From: an uncultured archaeon
Lineage (GTDB): Archaea > Iainarchaeota > Iainarchaeia > Iainarchaeales > JAAZKV01
Assembly: GCA_964538165.1 (NCBI GenBank)
Contig: CAZIEL010000002.1
Span: forward strand, 1 to 33,213
Length of the DNA stretch: 33,213 bases
Direction of reading: 5' to 3'
How positions within the stretch are numbered: the stretch's first letter is position 1; each line of letters starts with the position of its first letter. This document shows, piece after piece, positions 32,239 to 33,213 of this stretch. Made by a program: the position numbers and the translations under genes. A model generated the notes under the pieces. The model saw only the letters and a program-made list of their open reading frames with translations. It had not been told where the DNA came from and made no database searches.

Positions 32239-32784
32239 ATGGGTGCAGATTACTTTCAATACTTATTACTTGCCCTAATGATAATATTCCCCTTCTTTTG
32301 GTTAAGAGTAGTGAAACAAAACTCTTGGAAAGAAATACACAAAATACTTTTTCCTAAATTTCAAGGCGTAAAAAAAGAAGCGATCGGTTCAGTTATTTTA
32401 TTCCTTTTACTTGTGATTGGGTTTTTCGTAGTTTTAGGATTAGTTTCAATCCTTGGAATAAATGATTTAGCGAACGTTGAACAAGTGGTTAAAGAATCAG
32501 TAAAAAATGCACCTTTGTTTTATTTTATTTCATTAATCCCAATACTTTTCGTAGAAGAATTCTTTTTCAGAGCATTCCTAGTAAGTCGAATTGGAGTAAT
32601 TCCCTCAACCCTCCTATTTACAATTGCTCACTTTGGCTACGGTTCGATTGCAGAACTAATCGGAGTATTTGCTTTGGGTTTAATACTCGCCTACTGGTAC
32701 AAGAAAAACAACTCCCTAATCCAAAACTACTTCGGACACCTCTTGTACGACTTGTTCGCAATAACAATGTACTTAGCTTTTTAG
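32239..32784 (+). CDS. CPBP-family intramembrane glutamic endopeptidase (CAAX protease/Abi-like)
   Basis: The three CPBP motifs appear in order: EEFFFR, FTIAHFGYG (FxxxH) and GHLLYD (HxxxD). The protein is multi-TM. Confidence 0.8.
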   Translation: MGADYFQYLLLALMIIFPFFWLRVVKQNSWKEIHKILFPKFQGVKKEAIGSVILFLLLVIGFFVVLGLVSILGINDLANVEQVVKESVKNAPLFYFISLIPILFVEEFFFRAFLVSRIGVIPSTLLFTIAHFGYGSIAELIGVFALGLILAYWYKKNNSLIQNYFGHLLYDLFAITMYLAF

Positions 32785-32805
32785 GAAATTTTTTTATAAA
32801 AACCG

Positions 32806-32819
32806 TTTTTTTTTTTTTT
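32806..32819 (+). terminator. T14 tract after the CPBP gene
   Basis: There are 14 consecutive T residues 22 nt after the stop. An additional T7 lies at 32789-32795. Confidence 0.45.
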
Positions 32820-32842
32820 GCATTTATCTTATTGGAGTTAGG

Positions 32843-32850
32843 TATAAATA
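32843..32850 (+). promoter_or_regulatory. Candidate TATA box (TATAAATA) for the pilin-like gene
   Basis: TATAAATA lies ~35 nt upstream of ATG 32884. It is the same octamer as upstream of secY. Confidence 0.4.
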
Positions 32851-32883
32851 GGGGTTTTGTGCTTGTTCTAGTTAGGTTTTTTT

Positions 32884-33213
32884 ATGATTAAGGGCAAAGA
32901 GTGGAACTTGTCTTGGGCGAAAGCACAAGGAACTCTTGAGTATTTGGTGATTGTTGGGGTTGTTGTTGTTTTGAGTTTGGTTGTTGTTGGTGTTGTTGTT
33001 ACTCAGACTTCTTCTTCTGCAAACGTTTCTTCTACTTCGCAAGAGATTGGAATGAAGACTCAGAGTGTTGCTGTTTTAGAGTCTGTTGTGGGTGTTGATG
33101 GGAACGCTTTGCTTCGATTGCAGAATAATACTGGAGAAAATATTACTGTAAAAAAAGTTGTTATTGATGGGGTTGATCATAATTTTGGTTCTGGTTTGGT
33201 TGTTCCTATGGGT
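32884..33213 (+). CDS. Class III signal peptide (archaeal type IV pilin-like) protein, 5' partial; runs off the window
   Basis: My translation is MIKGKEWNLSWAKA|QGTLEYLVIVGVVVVLSLVVVGVVV.... A short charged leader ends in KA, followed by Q at +1, E at +5 and a ~20-aa hydrophobic helix. There is no stop before the window end, and the gene is not in the supplied ORF track. Confidence 0.6.
   Translation, partial: MIKGKEWNLSWAKAQGTLEYLVIVGVVVVLSLVVVGVVVTQTSSSANVSSTSQEIGMKTQSVAVLESVVGVDGNALLRLQNNTGENITVKKVVIDGVDHNFGSGLVVPMG

Overview
This 33.2-kb, AT-rich window (A-rich on the + strand) is an archaeal fragment filled almost entirely with information-processing genes, and every gene I can support is on the + strand. 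In order, it contains:
- the L3-to-L15 ribosomal-protein array, with aSUI1 and RNase P protein Rpp29 embedded
- secY, a DUF106/YidC-like membrane protein, L34e and L14e
- S13-S4-S11-rpoD
- an intron-containing tRNA-Leu(UAA)
- L18e-L13-S9-rpoN-S2
- a TrmB-like regulator, a 96-aa orphan and GluRS
- L7Ae-S28e-L24e-ndk-aIF5B
- S6e-aIF2gamma-(HIT-like)-PIN/Fcf1-like-(RidA)-rpoE'-spt4-S24e-S27ae
- a CPBP intramembrane protease and the 5' part of a class-III-signal-peptide (pilin-like) gene

The archaea/eukaryote-type r-proteins (S4e, L32e, L19e, L18e, L34e, L14e, S6e, S24e, S27ae, S28e, L24e, L7Ae) fix the domain as Archaea. Three things suggest a small-genome, DPANN-like archaeon: the tight packing, the absence of adk/cmk/rpoK/eno from their usual slots, and pervasive Lys/Glu-rich protein tails. 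That placement is inference only.

I see no CRISPR array, transposase/integrase, rRNA or convincing novel multi-gene (defence-type) system. The items most worth a second look are:
- a consensus K-turn hairpin in the L7Ae leader
- a 68-nt BHB intron in tRNA-Leu inside the r-protein array
- an aIF2gamma with a ~115-aa His/Lys-rich N-terminal extension and no zinc-knuckle cysteines
- a compositionally atypical 96-aa orphan between the TrmB-like regulator and GluRS
- HIT-like and RidA genes wedged into the conserved aIF2gamma-PIN-rpoE' neighbourhood
- several strong hairpins in the few non-coding spacers

Where the ORF track opens at an upstream TTG/GTG, I moved the start to an in-frame ATG preceded by the recurrent GGTGA Shine-Dalgarno motif.
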